A stretch of DNA of 64,000 nucleotides from the NCBI GenBank assembly GCA_900541475.1, contig UQJV01000001.1, positions 34,245-98,244 on the forward strand, given 5' to 3'. The position numbers and the translations under genes are program-made. The notes beneath the pieces are model-generated. The model saw only the letters and a program-made list of their open reading frames with translations. It ran no database searches and was not told the origin of the DNA. This DNA is from an uncultured Collinsella sp. (GTDB lineage Bacteria > Actinomycetota > Coriobacteriia > Coriobacteriales > Coriobacteriaceae). Of the stretch, positions 19,501 to 26,806 are shown piece by piece. Each line of letters begins with the position of its first letter. Within the stretch, counting starts at the first letter, position 1.

Positions 19501-19833
19501 GGCGACGAGGCCGGTATGACCTACGACAAGTCCGTCTTTACCGCGACCGTTAACGTGGTCGACGACGGCGAGGGCAACCTCAAGGCGAACGTCGCCTTTA
19601 CCAAGGGCGACAAGAGCGTCGAGGGTATCGTGTTCAACAACACGTACAAGAAGTCCGAGACGCCCGTGCCGACGCCCGATCCCGGCACGCCCAAGACCGT
19701 GACGAACATCGTCAAGACGGTCAAGGGTTTCCTGCCCACCACGGGCGACCAGCAGGCTGCCGCACTGCTCATGGCATTCGTCATAGCCATGGCCGGCGTC
19801 GGAGCCCTAGTCTGGGGTATCCGTAAGCGCTAG
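13591..19833 (+). CDS. LPXTG cell-wall-anchored surface adhesin: signal peptide, VWA (MIDAS DxSxS) domain, >9 tandem ~120-aa SpaA/CnaB-like repeat domains, acidic D/E/A linker, LPTTG sorting signal
   Basis: MSKYTRGLLAVILAVVLVLPAAAFA; DIVMVLDASGSMDD; repeated ...TGR.L.AGEFSFEL...TYTLREVKG..GITYD... units; C-terminal LPTTGDQQAAALLMAFVIAMAGVGALVWGIRKR. Confidence 0.85.
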   Translation: MSKYTRGLLAVILAVVLVLPAAAFAMLPEANARSSTGMDGPTMTGKVVDPDTSNYWKFWAGGYNGKEVTTQNVGRIWTDKTVKAVESGDSDFLTTLSAISSTSDTTISGKPLDIVMVLDASGSMDDPMGTGDNTKRIDALKTAANTFIDAIAAQNQSFTDASKQHRVAIVKFAGKKKTDKVGNDTYRDGRYTYNYSQTMKNLTSCKGKDADSLKDTVGNINPAGSTQADYGLELAENITINSGRADAKKIVVFFTDGSPTSSSGFQASVADSAIASAKSLKANGADIYTIGIFNGANPSADPTAEGTSKVNKFMHAVSSNYPGATSSISFWGEWVIDYGTRAENSDYYKSATSASELEKIFEEISGSIIQTGYPTEVHSGYGEHKSGYITFTDELGDFMQVDNFTSVVYGGETFEKPSKKPEGNVDTYTFSGAAANLVITVQHAEEGKPQTGDIVTAKIPASLIPLRHFKITDGVLTVDNTEPIQVNYTSSVKKEALDNLFTPKNVKGLEDYIKSNTTTAENGSKTVNFYANKWNAGALGDTIANFEPADTNRYYYFQKQTPIYTDKNCTTPATGSLPVGSKYYYKDEFEALGADGKAESRTAVIEFAGEDAANFEGAVVRDASGNLSFSKGTARLAFIDELHTTKESVGGNLTGTAADVLNPKWNNTSAKSNATEVDVHLGNNGKISYKYDMTPTTVDTKASFGLTKVLEGREWTDEDTFEFGLTSEDNAPMPASAIATATEGNTAIDFGEITYAEPGTYVYKVSEKNAGTTVDGIAYSKNVAEITVTVTPNKKGELSADVNVAWSEAGVTEFRNTYTTNPVESSVTDKIDVTKSLTGRDLTAGEFSFELREVKGEDSELIETVANAADGKVTFSPIRYTEIGQHTYTLHEVKGNAGGITYDDTVHTIVTTISDNGKGQLVATHEIKGAEGAKSIEFKNAYNLTPKSSSVTDQVKATKVLTGRELTAGEFSFELVEGEDAKVVATGTNNAEGKITMSPIEYTAAGKHTYTLREVKGNAGGITYSDAKFTIETTITDNGDGTLSATHVLKDVKVAEFKNSYNVTPESSSVTDQITATKFLTGRDLKDGEFSFELVEGEGEGAKVVATGTNNAEGNITMSAVKYDKAGKHTYTLREVNGGTTSKGITYSTAEYTIETTITDKGDGTLSATHVLKGTEPAEFKNSYSVTPIDAELDFGLSKAVDGRAWTDSDEFSFTITAAEGTPLPDPATVTVNKKDAKDGIAAINFGKIRYTAAGTYKYEIRENAGNAAGMTYDGHVATAEVTVTENGEGVLTANVTKKESGRFTNTYRTELDYAAAGGLKLSKTLSGRPMTEGQFTFTVTPADEASAIALGLHEGANVYKSPATAEATVGLIDILAGHEVKFTQADAGKTFTYTVAEKNDGQPGYTYDDAERTVTIAIADDGAGTLTATTTVTGNPDKGTPVTEYKTGAAAVESAVVPFVNSYSATTDAPGGAVAQVVATKTLTGRPLADGEFYFGIAYAGETEAISGTPTFNYNGQVSFGALHYTTDMLADLVSTGRAIRTDADGKLAWTINYTAFEYTNSLAGMGITAAKSSFSFKVIVIDNGDGTLTATTDYGDAKPVFENVYGAEAVYATLAGTKKLQADKGLTPADIAGKFTFTVTADEAGAPMPEHTTATNDTAGNVDFGKIRFTLEDLNRALGVTTDVTDKVEADEADEAEADADADANADESSDESEPAAPTAPRSHTFTYTVTESGSAPGVTNDANTARKVSYTVTDDGAGHLSVVRNGDDGAAFTFTNTYGVAPTDSSVTDQVKTVKRLTGRDLAAGEFTFELLEDGVTVASGTNDANGNVTLSPIRYEAPGTHTYTLREACPNALGLYKGVTYDGTTYTVVTTVSDNGDGTLTASHKLEGTTESAGFTNKYHAMPTQVSIGAIKVLEGRELKKDEFSFKLVGEDVESTVTNDADGKINFDKFEYDEPGTYVYTISEVKGDEAGMTYDKSVFTATVNVVDDGEGNLKANVAFTKGDKSVEGIVFNNTYKKSETPVPTPDPGTPKTVTNIVKTVKGFLPTTGDQQAAALLMAFVIAMAGVGALVWGIRKR
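16435..17165 (+). repeat. two near-identical ~365-bp tandem DNA repeats inside the adhesin gene (more diverged copies flank them)
   Basis: Direct comparison of 16440-16800 with 16800-17160. Confidence 0.8.
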
Positions 19834-19845
19834 GCGCGCTGACAG

Positions 19846-19938
19846 CGCCCGGGGCCAAAAGGCCCCGGGCCGCTGGCGAAAAGCCAAAAATGTAGCCGCC
19901 ACGGAGGTATCTCCCTCCTCCGTGGCGGCGCTTTTGTG
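19846..19938 (+). terminator. two consecutive hairpins; second (19895-19938) is a canonical intrinsic terminator GCCGCCACGGAGG..CCTCCGTGGCGGC + GCTTTTGTG
   Basis: Seen in sequence. Confidence 0.7.
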
Positions 19939-19959
19939 CGTAGGCGAGAAGGGCTTGCC

Positions 19960-20620
19960 ATGGAACCGGCCCATCTACTACGTTTAGTCCCTTACCCCCA
20001 ACCATGCCAAAAAACGCGAAAACAAAACCGCAGGTAGAACGCCTGCGGTTTTGTTCAAAACGGGGGTATGGTTGGGGATGTCGGGTCAAACGTAGTAGAT
20101 GGGCCGATTCCGTGGCGGGCGCCGTCAGCCGACCTCCGCGGGCGGAAGAAAACGGATCATTTTGGTTCCGCGAGGCCTGGGATGGTATCCGTGCGGGACT
20201 ATCCGAACAAAACTATGTCGGTTTACTACGATGAATTCGACATTCCCGACCATGATTGCATTTTTCTAAATATCGCAAGCGTTCTACCTGCGGTTTTGCA
20301 AGCGCGCAATTTACCGTGGTCGAAGGTGGGCGATTCATCGTAGTAAACCGGCATAGTTTTGAGTTGATCCGTTGGGGACGGAGGAAAACGGATCATTTTT
20401 GGCTCTGTACGGCTTGCGGGGCGTCGGTATGTGACCCCACTGTTCCAAAACTATGTCGGTTTACGGGGCCGAATCGCGAACCCCCAACCATGCCGATAGT
20501 TGCAAGAATAAAACCGCAGGTAGATGAGCCGTCAATTTTCGAAAAAAGCAAGTATGGACGGGGTTCCTGGGTTTAGCCCCGTAAACCGGCATAGTTTTGA
20601 AATGGCATTAAAGCGGTAGC
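19960..20620. repeat. intergenic repeat block (family R) downstream of adhesin gene: about three degenerate tandem copies of the unit found at 13190-13440, both orientations
   Basis: Hairpin AAAACCGCAGGTAGAACGCCTGCGGTTTT at 20025-20053; inverse copy GTTCTACCTGCGGTTTTGC near 20283; CCGTAAACCGGCATAGTTTTG / CAAAACTATGTCGGTTTAC inverted copies. Confidence 0.8.
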
Positions 20621-20659
20621 AGACATTTTGCTATGCCGGGGTGGTCGGCCGTTGGGCAA

Positions 20660-21289
20660 CTACCCTCGCAGGTAGGCGATGGCGATCTGCGTGCGGTTGC
20701 GCAGGTCCATCTTTGCCAGGATTGAGCTGATGTGGTTGCGCACGGTGCCTTCGCCCATATAGGCGGTGGCGGCGATCTCCTTGTTGTCGAGGCCGCGGGC
20801 GATGAGCTCGGCGACTTCGAACTCGCGGTCGGTTAGGCTGGCGAAGGCCGCGGGTCGGCGGAGTGTGCCCGCCTCAACGCCCGTTCCGTCAAAATTGATG
20901 TCCTCGATCGCCTTGCCCTCGAGTACGCGTTTGCCGTCCATGACTTGCGTCAATGCCGGAGGAATGGCGGCGACATCGGTCTTGATCAGGTAGCCGCGGG
21001 CACCCAGTTTGAGCGCCGACACGATGTACTCGTCATCCGAGAATGTCGTCAGAAACACCACGCGCGCCGAAGGGTCGCGCTCAAGGATCTCGCGCGCCGC
21101 CGAAAGTCCGTCACGCCCCGGCATCTGAATGTCGAGCAGTGCGATATCGGGCGCGTGTTCGGCATAGAGCGAAACCGCATCGTTGCGGTTGGCACCGGTG
21201 CCCACCACTTCGATCTGCGGCTGGGCGCCCAGGATAATCTTGAGCGAATCGACCACCAAGCGGTCGTCGTCGACAACGATGAGCCTCAT
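20660..21289 (-). CDS. LuxR/NarL-family response regulator
   Basis: REC domain (VVDDD..D) and C-terminal LuxR HTH (LTDREFEVAELIARGLDNKEIAATAYMGEGTVRNHISSILAKM). Confidence 0.9.
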   Translation of the reverse strand: MRLIVVDDDRLVVDSLKIILGAQPQIEVVGTGANRNDAVSLYAEHAPDIALLDIQMPGRDGLSAAREILERDPSARVVFLTTFSDDEYIVSALKLGARGYLIKTDVAAIPPALTQVMDGKRVLEGKAIEDINFDGTGVEAGTLRRPAAFASLTDREFEVAELIARGLDNKEIAATAYMGEGTVRNHISSILAKMDLRNRTQIAIAYLRG

Positions 21290-22434
21290 CGGCCCTCATC
21301 TCCTTGTTGTTTGGGAACGGTGGCAAACACGCGCCAGCCGCCGGCGCTGGCACGCGGGCCGGCGGTGAAGGTGCCGCCAAGCGCCTCGATGCGCTCGCGC
21401 ATGGAGGCGAGCCCCATGCCCTCCGCGGCGCCGCGGCTGCTTGCTTGGACCTCGCCCGCGCCATCGTCGGTAACGATGAGCTGGTAAAACGACGGATGCT
21501 CCATGCATCGTACAGTGACGGTCTGGGCGCAAGCGTGGCGCATGGTGTTGGAGAGCGCCTCGCGCAGGACCGCCGCAAAGCAGTTGGCGACGTTTGCGGG
21601 TGCATGCTCGGCCATAACTTCAAGCTCAATCTGCGGGCCGCCGTCCGAGCGCGCGCCTTCAACAATGCGTTCGAGCTGCACGGAAAGGTCGACAGCGTTG
21701 TCGTTGAGCGCGTGGACGCTGGTGCGCACAAGCTGGAGCGCCTCGTCAACCGTGCGTTTAACGTCGGCGAAATCGGCGGCGACGCCGGGCTCGTCGGCGT
21801 GGACCACGCGCAGGGCTTCGGCTTGCAGCGAGGCGCGCGCGAGCTGGTGGCCCACATTGTCGTGGATCTCGCGCGCGATGCGGGCGCGTTCGGCGAGCGT
21901 CGCGAGCTCGACTTCGTAGTCCTGACGATCGGCGAGGTCGCGGTTGCGCGCTTCGAGCGTGAGGGCTCGTTCTTGCAGCTCGTCGCGGGTACGGCGCATG
22001 CGCTGCTGCTCGCGCTCCAACTGGGCGGTGCGTAGCGATAGCAAGGTGGCGGCAACCGAAAGGATGGCGGTCAGCAGGAGCGTTCGGGCGGTGAGCGCGT
22101 CGGCGCGTAGGTCCGCAATGAGCGCAAAAGCAAAGACGGAGCCAATGCCCAGCGCGACCCAGGCGTGCTCACGGCGCATGTGCCGCGCGATGTCATAGAG
22201 GGCGAGAGGCGCAAACGGCACAAACGGTGGCACGAAGACAGCCGCGATGATGTAAGCGTAACTTGCGGCCTCGCTTGCACGGCGCGTGCGTTCCCCCTGT
22301 GCGACTTCGGCCAGCGAAGCGGCAATAACGCCAAGGCAAAACGCCGCGACCAGGCGAGCGTCCACAGCAAGACCCATGGCGGCCGCAATGCAGCACGCCA
22401 GCACAATCGATTTGTCGAAAAGCCTGTTCATACG
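21286..22434 (-). CDS. membrane sensor histidine kinase (HisKA_3/NarX-LiaS type); ORF extends to 22593 but probable start MNRLFDKS
   Basis: IHDNVGHQLARASLQAE H-box; GMGLASMRERIEALGG G2 box; N-terminal TM segments. Confidence 0.85.
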   Translation of the reverse strand, partial: RMNRLFDKSIVLACCIAAAMGLAVDARLVAAFCLGVIAASLAEVAQGERTRRASEAASYAYIIAAVFVPPFVPFAPLALYDIARHMRREHAWVALGIGSVFAFALIADLRADALTARTLLLTAILSVAATLLSLRTAQLEREQQRMRRTRDELQERALTLEARNRDLADRQDYEVELATLAERARIAREIHDNVGHQLARASLQAEALRVVHADEPGVAADFADVKRTVDEALQLVRTSVHALNDNAVDLSVQLERIVEGARSDGGPQIELEVMAEHAPANVANCFAAVLREALSNTMRHACAQTVTVRCMEHPSFYQLIVTDDGAGEVQASSRGAAEGMGLASMRERIEALGGTFTAGPRASAGGWRVFATVPKQQGDEGR

Positions 22435-22628
22435 GGTATTGTACGCGATGCTGCGCGCGGGGGAGGGGCCGCCTGCGCAACCGTGACATTCCTCCCGCGC
22501 GGCAAATCGGGGGCATCGGCAGGCCGTGCGACCAAGCTCCGCACTCGTGACAAAGCTCACTGGTGCGCGCCGCCTGCTCCTGCGATGATGCAATCGTACC
22601 AGGCCGCAATCAACAGAAGGGCCGCCTC

Positions 22629-23567
22629 ATGGCAGATATCGTCCACGTCGCAAACCTCGTCAAGCGCTACGACGATCTTATCGCGCTCGACCACTTTAAC
22701 CTGAGCATCGCCCCCGGCGAGATCTTTGGCCTGCTCGGCCCCAACGGCTCGGGCAAGACCACGTCCATCAACTGCATTCTGCAGCTGCTTGCCTACGACA
22801 AAGGCACCATCGAGCTGTTCGGCGAGCCCATGACGCCCGCCCGCTACGACCTCAAGCGTCGCATCGGCGTGGTGCCGCAGCAGGTGGCGGTGTTCGACGA
22901 GCTTACGGTGCGCGAGAACATCGACTATTTCTGCAGCCTTTACGTCAACGACCGCAAGCGCCGCCGCGCGCTGGTGGACGAGGCGATCGACTTTGTCGGG
23001 CTGGGCGACTTTACCAAGTTTCGCCCCGGCAAGCTCTCGGGCGGCCTGGCGCGTCGCCTCAACATCGCCTGCGGTATCGCGCACGAGCCCGAGCTCATCT
23101 TTTTTGACGAGCCCACGGTGGCGGTCGACCCGCAGAGCCGCAACGCCATCCTGGAGGGCATCTGCCGCCTGCGCGACGAGGGCGCCACGGTGGTGTATAC
23201 CAGCCATTACATGGAGGAAGTCGAGCAGATTTGCAGCCGCATCATGATCATGGACGGCGGCCGCGTGCTGGCGCAGGGCACCAACGACGAACTCAAGCGC
23301 ATGATTCAGATGGGCGAGCGCGTGACCGTCGAGGTCGGCGCCGTCGAGACCGCCACGGTTGAGCGCCTGCGCGCCCTCGAGCACGTGCTCAGTGTCGGGC
23401 TGTCCGGCGGCGAGCTCGTCTGCACCTGCGAAGCGAGCCCGCACAACCTGGTCGACATCCTCGACACGCTGCGCGCCGCCGACGTGGCACTCGGCCGCGT
23501 GTGGAGCGAGCCGCCGACCCTCAACGACGTGTTCCTCGAGATTACCGGCCGCGAGCTGCGCGACTAG
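22629..23567 (+). CDS. ABC transporter ATP-binding protein (ABC-2 type)
   Basis: Walker A GPNGSGKTT, signature LSGGLARRL, Walker B IFFDEPT. Confidence 0.9.
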   Translation: MADIVHVANLVKRYDDLIALDHFNLSIAPGEIFGLLGPNGSGKTTSINCILQLLAYDKGTIELFGEPMTPARYDLKRRIGVVPQQVAVFDELTVRENIDYFCSLYVNDRKRRRALVDEAIDFVGLGDFTKFRPGKLSGGLARRLNIACGIAHEPELIFFDEPTVAVDPQSRNAILEGICRLRDEGATVVYTSHYMEEVEQICSRIMIMDGGRVLAQGTNDELKRMIQMGERVTVEVGAVETATVERLRALEHVLSVGLSGGELVCTCEASPHNLVDILDTLRAADVALGRVWSEPPTLNDVFLEITGRELRD

Positions 23568-23576
23568 GGGGCAGTC

Positions 23577-24764
23577 ATGTTCAACACCATCATCACCGCG
23601 GTCAAGACGCTGCTGCGCCGTCCGAGCACGTGGGTCTGGGGCGCGGTCTTTCCCGTCGCGCTTTCCACGATGTTCATGTTTATGTTTGCGAACCTCAGCT
23701 CCGACGGCACGGTCGACCCGGTGCCGGTGGCCGTCGTTGCGGATGAGGCCTGGGGCGCCTCGACCTTTAAGGACGTGGCGACGTCGCTTGCCCAGGAAGG
23801 CGACGACCGGCTGCTCGAGATCCGCGAGTGCGATGACGCAGCCGATGCGAACCGTGCGCTTAAGGCCGGTGAGGTCGCGGGCGTCTATACGGTCGACGAC
23901 GCGGGCACGCCCAAACTCACGCTGCTATCGAGCTACGACAGCTCTCGCGCCACATCGGTGCTCACCGATCGCAGCATCCTGGAGACGGTGGCAAGCTCGT
24001 ATACGCAAAATGCCGAGCTCATGTCCCAGATTGCCCAGGACAACTCGGCGGCGCTCGCCGACCCGGAGGCGGTTGCGCGCGCCCTGTCGCTCGAGGGCGG
24101 CACCCGCCGCGTTAGCCTGACGCGCACCACGCCCGATGGTACGGTCATCTACTATTACGCGCTTTTTGGCCTGGTCGCGATGATGTCTGCCGAGTTTGCC
24201 GCCTTGAGCGTCGTCGATTTGCAACCCAATCTGTCGGGCCTCGGCGCGCGTCGCTGCGTGGGTGGCCTTTCCAAGACAGCGTCGCTGGCCGGCATCTTTG
24301 TCGGCTCGTGGCTGGTCTCCTTTGCCTCGATGACGATCGTGATCGGCTACGTGCGCCTGGTCGTGGGCGTCGACTTTGGCGGGCGCGAGGGGCTGTGTTT
24401 GGTGGGAGGCGCCGCTTCCGCGCTTGCCGCCACGGGCCTGGGGCTCTTTGTGGGCACGCTTCCCGTTAAGGGCGGCAAGGCGTCCAAGTCGGGCATCCTT
24501 ACGGGCTTTGCTACCACGTGCGCCCTGTTCGCCGGCCTCTACGGCGAGCCGGCGATGGCGCTTGCCGACGACGTCGCCCGCGCCTGCCCGGCCGAGTGCT
24601 GGCTCAACCCCGTCAAGCTCATCTGCGACATGTTCAACCGCCTGTATTTCTTTGAGGACCTGGGCCCCTTTGTCGTTCGCGCCGGCGCACTGGTCCTTAT
24701 GGCGCTGCTGTTCGTTGCCGCCGCCACGCTGATCTTTGGGAGGAGCCGCTATGAGCACCTTTAA
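23577..24764 (+). CDS. ABC-2 family permease
   Basis: Multi-TM, position after ATPase. Confidence 0.75.
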   Translation: MFNTIITAVKTLLRRPSTWVWGAVFPVALSTMFMFMFANLSSDGTVDPVPVAVVADEAWGASTFKDVATSLAQEGDDRLLEIRECDDAADANRALKAGEVAGVYTVDDAGTPKLTLLSSYDSSRATSVLTDRSILETVASSYTQNAELMSQIAQDNSAALADPEAVARALSLEGGTRRVSLTRTTPDGTVIYYYALFGLVAMMSAEFAALSVVDLQPNLSGLGARRCVGGLSKTASLAGIFVGSWLVSFASMTIVIGYVRLVVGVDFGGREGLCLVGGAASALAATGLGLFVGTLPVKGGKASKSGILTGFATTCALFAGLYGEPAMALADDVARACPAECWLNPVKLICDMFNRLYFFEDLGPFVVRAGALVLMALLFVAAATLIFGRSRYEHL

Positions 24765-25956
24765 GACCGCACTTCGCATGGCGCTCGCGCACCCGTTCTA
24801 CCTGCTTATCTACACGGTGTTCATTTCGCTGATGGGTGTGTTTATCGCGGCATCGGTGAGCTGGAACTCGTCGCAGCTCACCGAGTACAAGCCCTATGAT
24901 GCCAACGTGATCGTGGTCGACCGCGACGACAGCGACCTTTCGCGTGCGCTTACCAAGCATCTGGGTTCGCGCTTTGAGCTGGTCACGGGCGTCGATGACG
25001 ATACGTACGATCTCGCGGACGCGCTTTCCAAGAGCAACAGCGCCAAGGGTAGTGCCGACTGCGTATTCTTTATCCCGGAGGGGTTTGAGGACGACCTCGT
25101 TGCAGCAGCCCGCGCGGGGGAGTCCCTGCCCAAGCTCGATGTGACCTACGGTGCCGGCACCATGGCGGCGGCACTTTCGTCTGCCGAGGCCTCGCGCTGG
25201 ATCTCGCTCGCGGGCGCTGCGGCCGCACTTGAGCCCGCCGCCTCTAACGGTGACGTTGCCAAGGCCGCCGAGCATGCGGCCACCGAGCGTGCCGAGGTCG
25301 AGATCGAGCAGGTCAAGGTCGACTCGACGGCCGCCGCCACGTTCGAGTCGTATTTCAACTTTGGTGCGTACGCGATTATCTCGTCGGTCATCGTGTCGGT
25401 GGGGCTGGTGTTCTCGGGCATGAACGAGCCCGAGCGCGTGCGTCGTATGGATGCCGGCCCAATCTCCGAGCGCCAACGTTCGCTTGCCGTGTTTGCCGCC
25501 GCCGCCGTGCTCACCGTCTGCATCTGGTTTGTGTCGAGCATGATGGGCGTCGCGGGCTTTGCCGGCGCGGTCGCCGAGGTCGGCGTGGGCCGTGTGTGCC
25601 TGGCACTGGCGGCGACGTTTGCCCTGGCGTGCACGCCGCTGGCCGTTGGCTTTGCCCTTTCGAGCCTGGGTGCGCGCGAGGAGCTGCTCAACGGCGTGGG
25701 CAACTTACTCGGCATGCTCATGACGTTTTTGGGCGGCGCCTGGATGCCGCTGTCGCTCATGGGCTCGGCCGTGCAGACCGTGGCGCACTTTGTGCCGACG
25801 TTTTGGGTGAACGACGCGATCAGCAAGGCGCTCGTCTCGGATTTAACGTCCACCGTGCTGGGCGACATCGCCTGCGACCTGGGCGTCACGGCACTCTTCG
25901 CCGTGGCCATCGCCGCCGCAGGCCTCGCCCTCGCACGCACCAAATCCCACGCCTAG
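24751..25956 (+). CDS. ABC-2 family permease (second)
   Basis: Multi-TM, overlaps previous stop; RBS GGGAGG. Confidence 0.75.
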   Translation: MSTFKTALRMALAHPFYLLIYTVFISLMGVFIAASVSWNSSQLTEYKPYDANVIVVDRDDSDLSRALTKHLGSRFELVTGVDDDTYDLADALSKSNSAKGSADCVFFIPEGFEDDLVAAARAGESLPKLDVTYGAGTMAAALSSAEASRWISLAGAAAALEPAASNGDVAKAAEHAATERAEVEIEQVKVDSTAAATFESYFNFGAYAIISSVIVSVGLVFSGMNEPERVRRMDAGPISERQRSLAVFAAAAVLTVCIWFVSSMMGVAGFAGAVAEVGVGRVCLALAATFALACTPLAVGFALSSLGAREELLNGVGNLLGMLMTFLGGAWMPLSLMGSAVQTVAHFVPTFWVNDAISKALVSDLTSTVLGDIACDLGVTALFAVAIAAAGLALARTKSHA

Positions 25957-25960
25957 CCAC

Positions 25961-25993
25961 CTAGTCATTTAAGAACGTCCCCAATGACTAGTC
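25961..25993. repeat. REP-like palindrome CTAGTCATTTAAGAACGTCCCCAATGACTAGTC
   Basis: Copies also at 29471-29556 and 38041-38071, all immediately after stop codons. Confidence 0.75.
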
Positions 25994-26072
25994 TGAAATA
26001 AATCCCCGGCCTCGCCCCAAAATAGTTCGCCAAGGTTTACTATTATGCTCATAAAGTAGCACGAGGCTAACA

Positions 26073-26798
<726 letters not shown>

Positions 26799-26806
26799 GC
26801 GGCACC

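Noticed and set aside
22563-22628. N-terminal 22-aa extension of the ABC ATPase ORF (MRAACSCDDAIV...)
   Set aside because: Overlaps the divergent kinase gene end; conserved ABC N-terminus begins at MADIVHV (22629).
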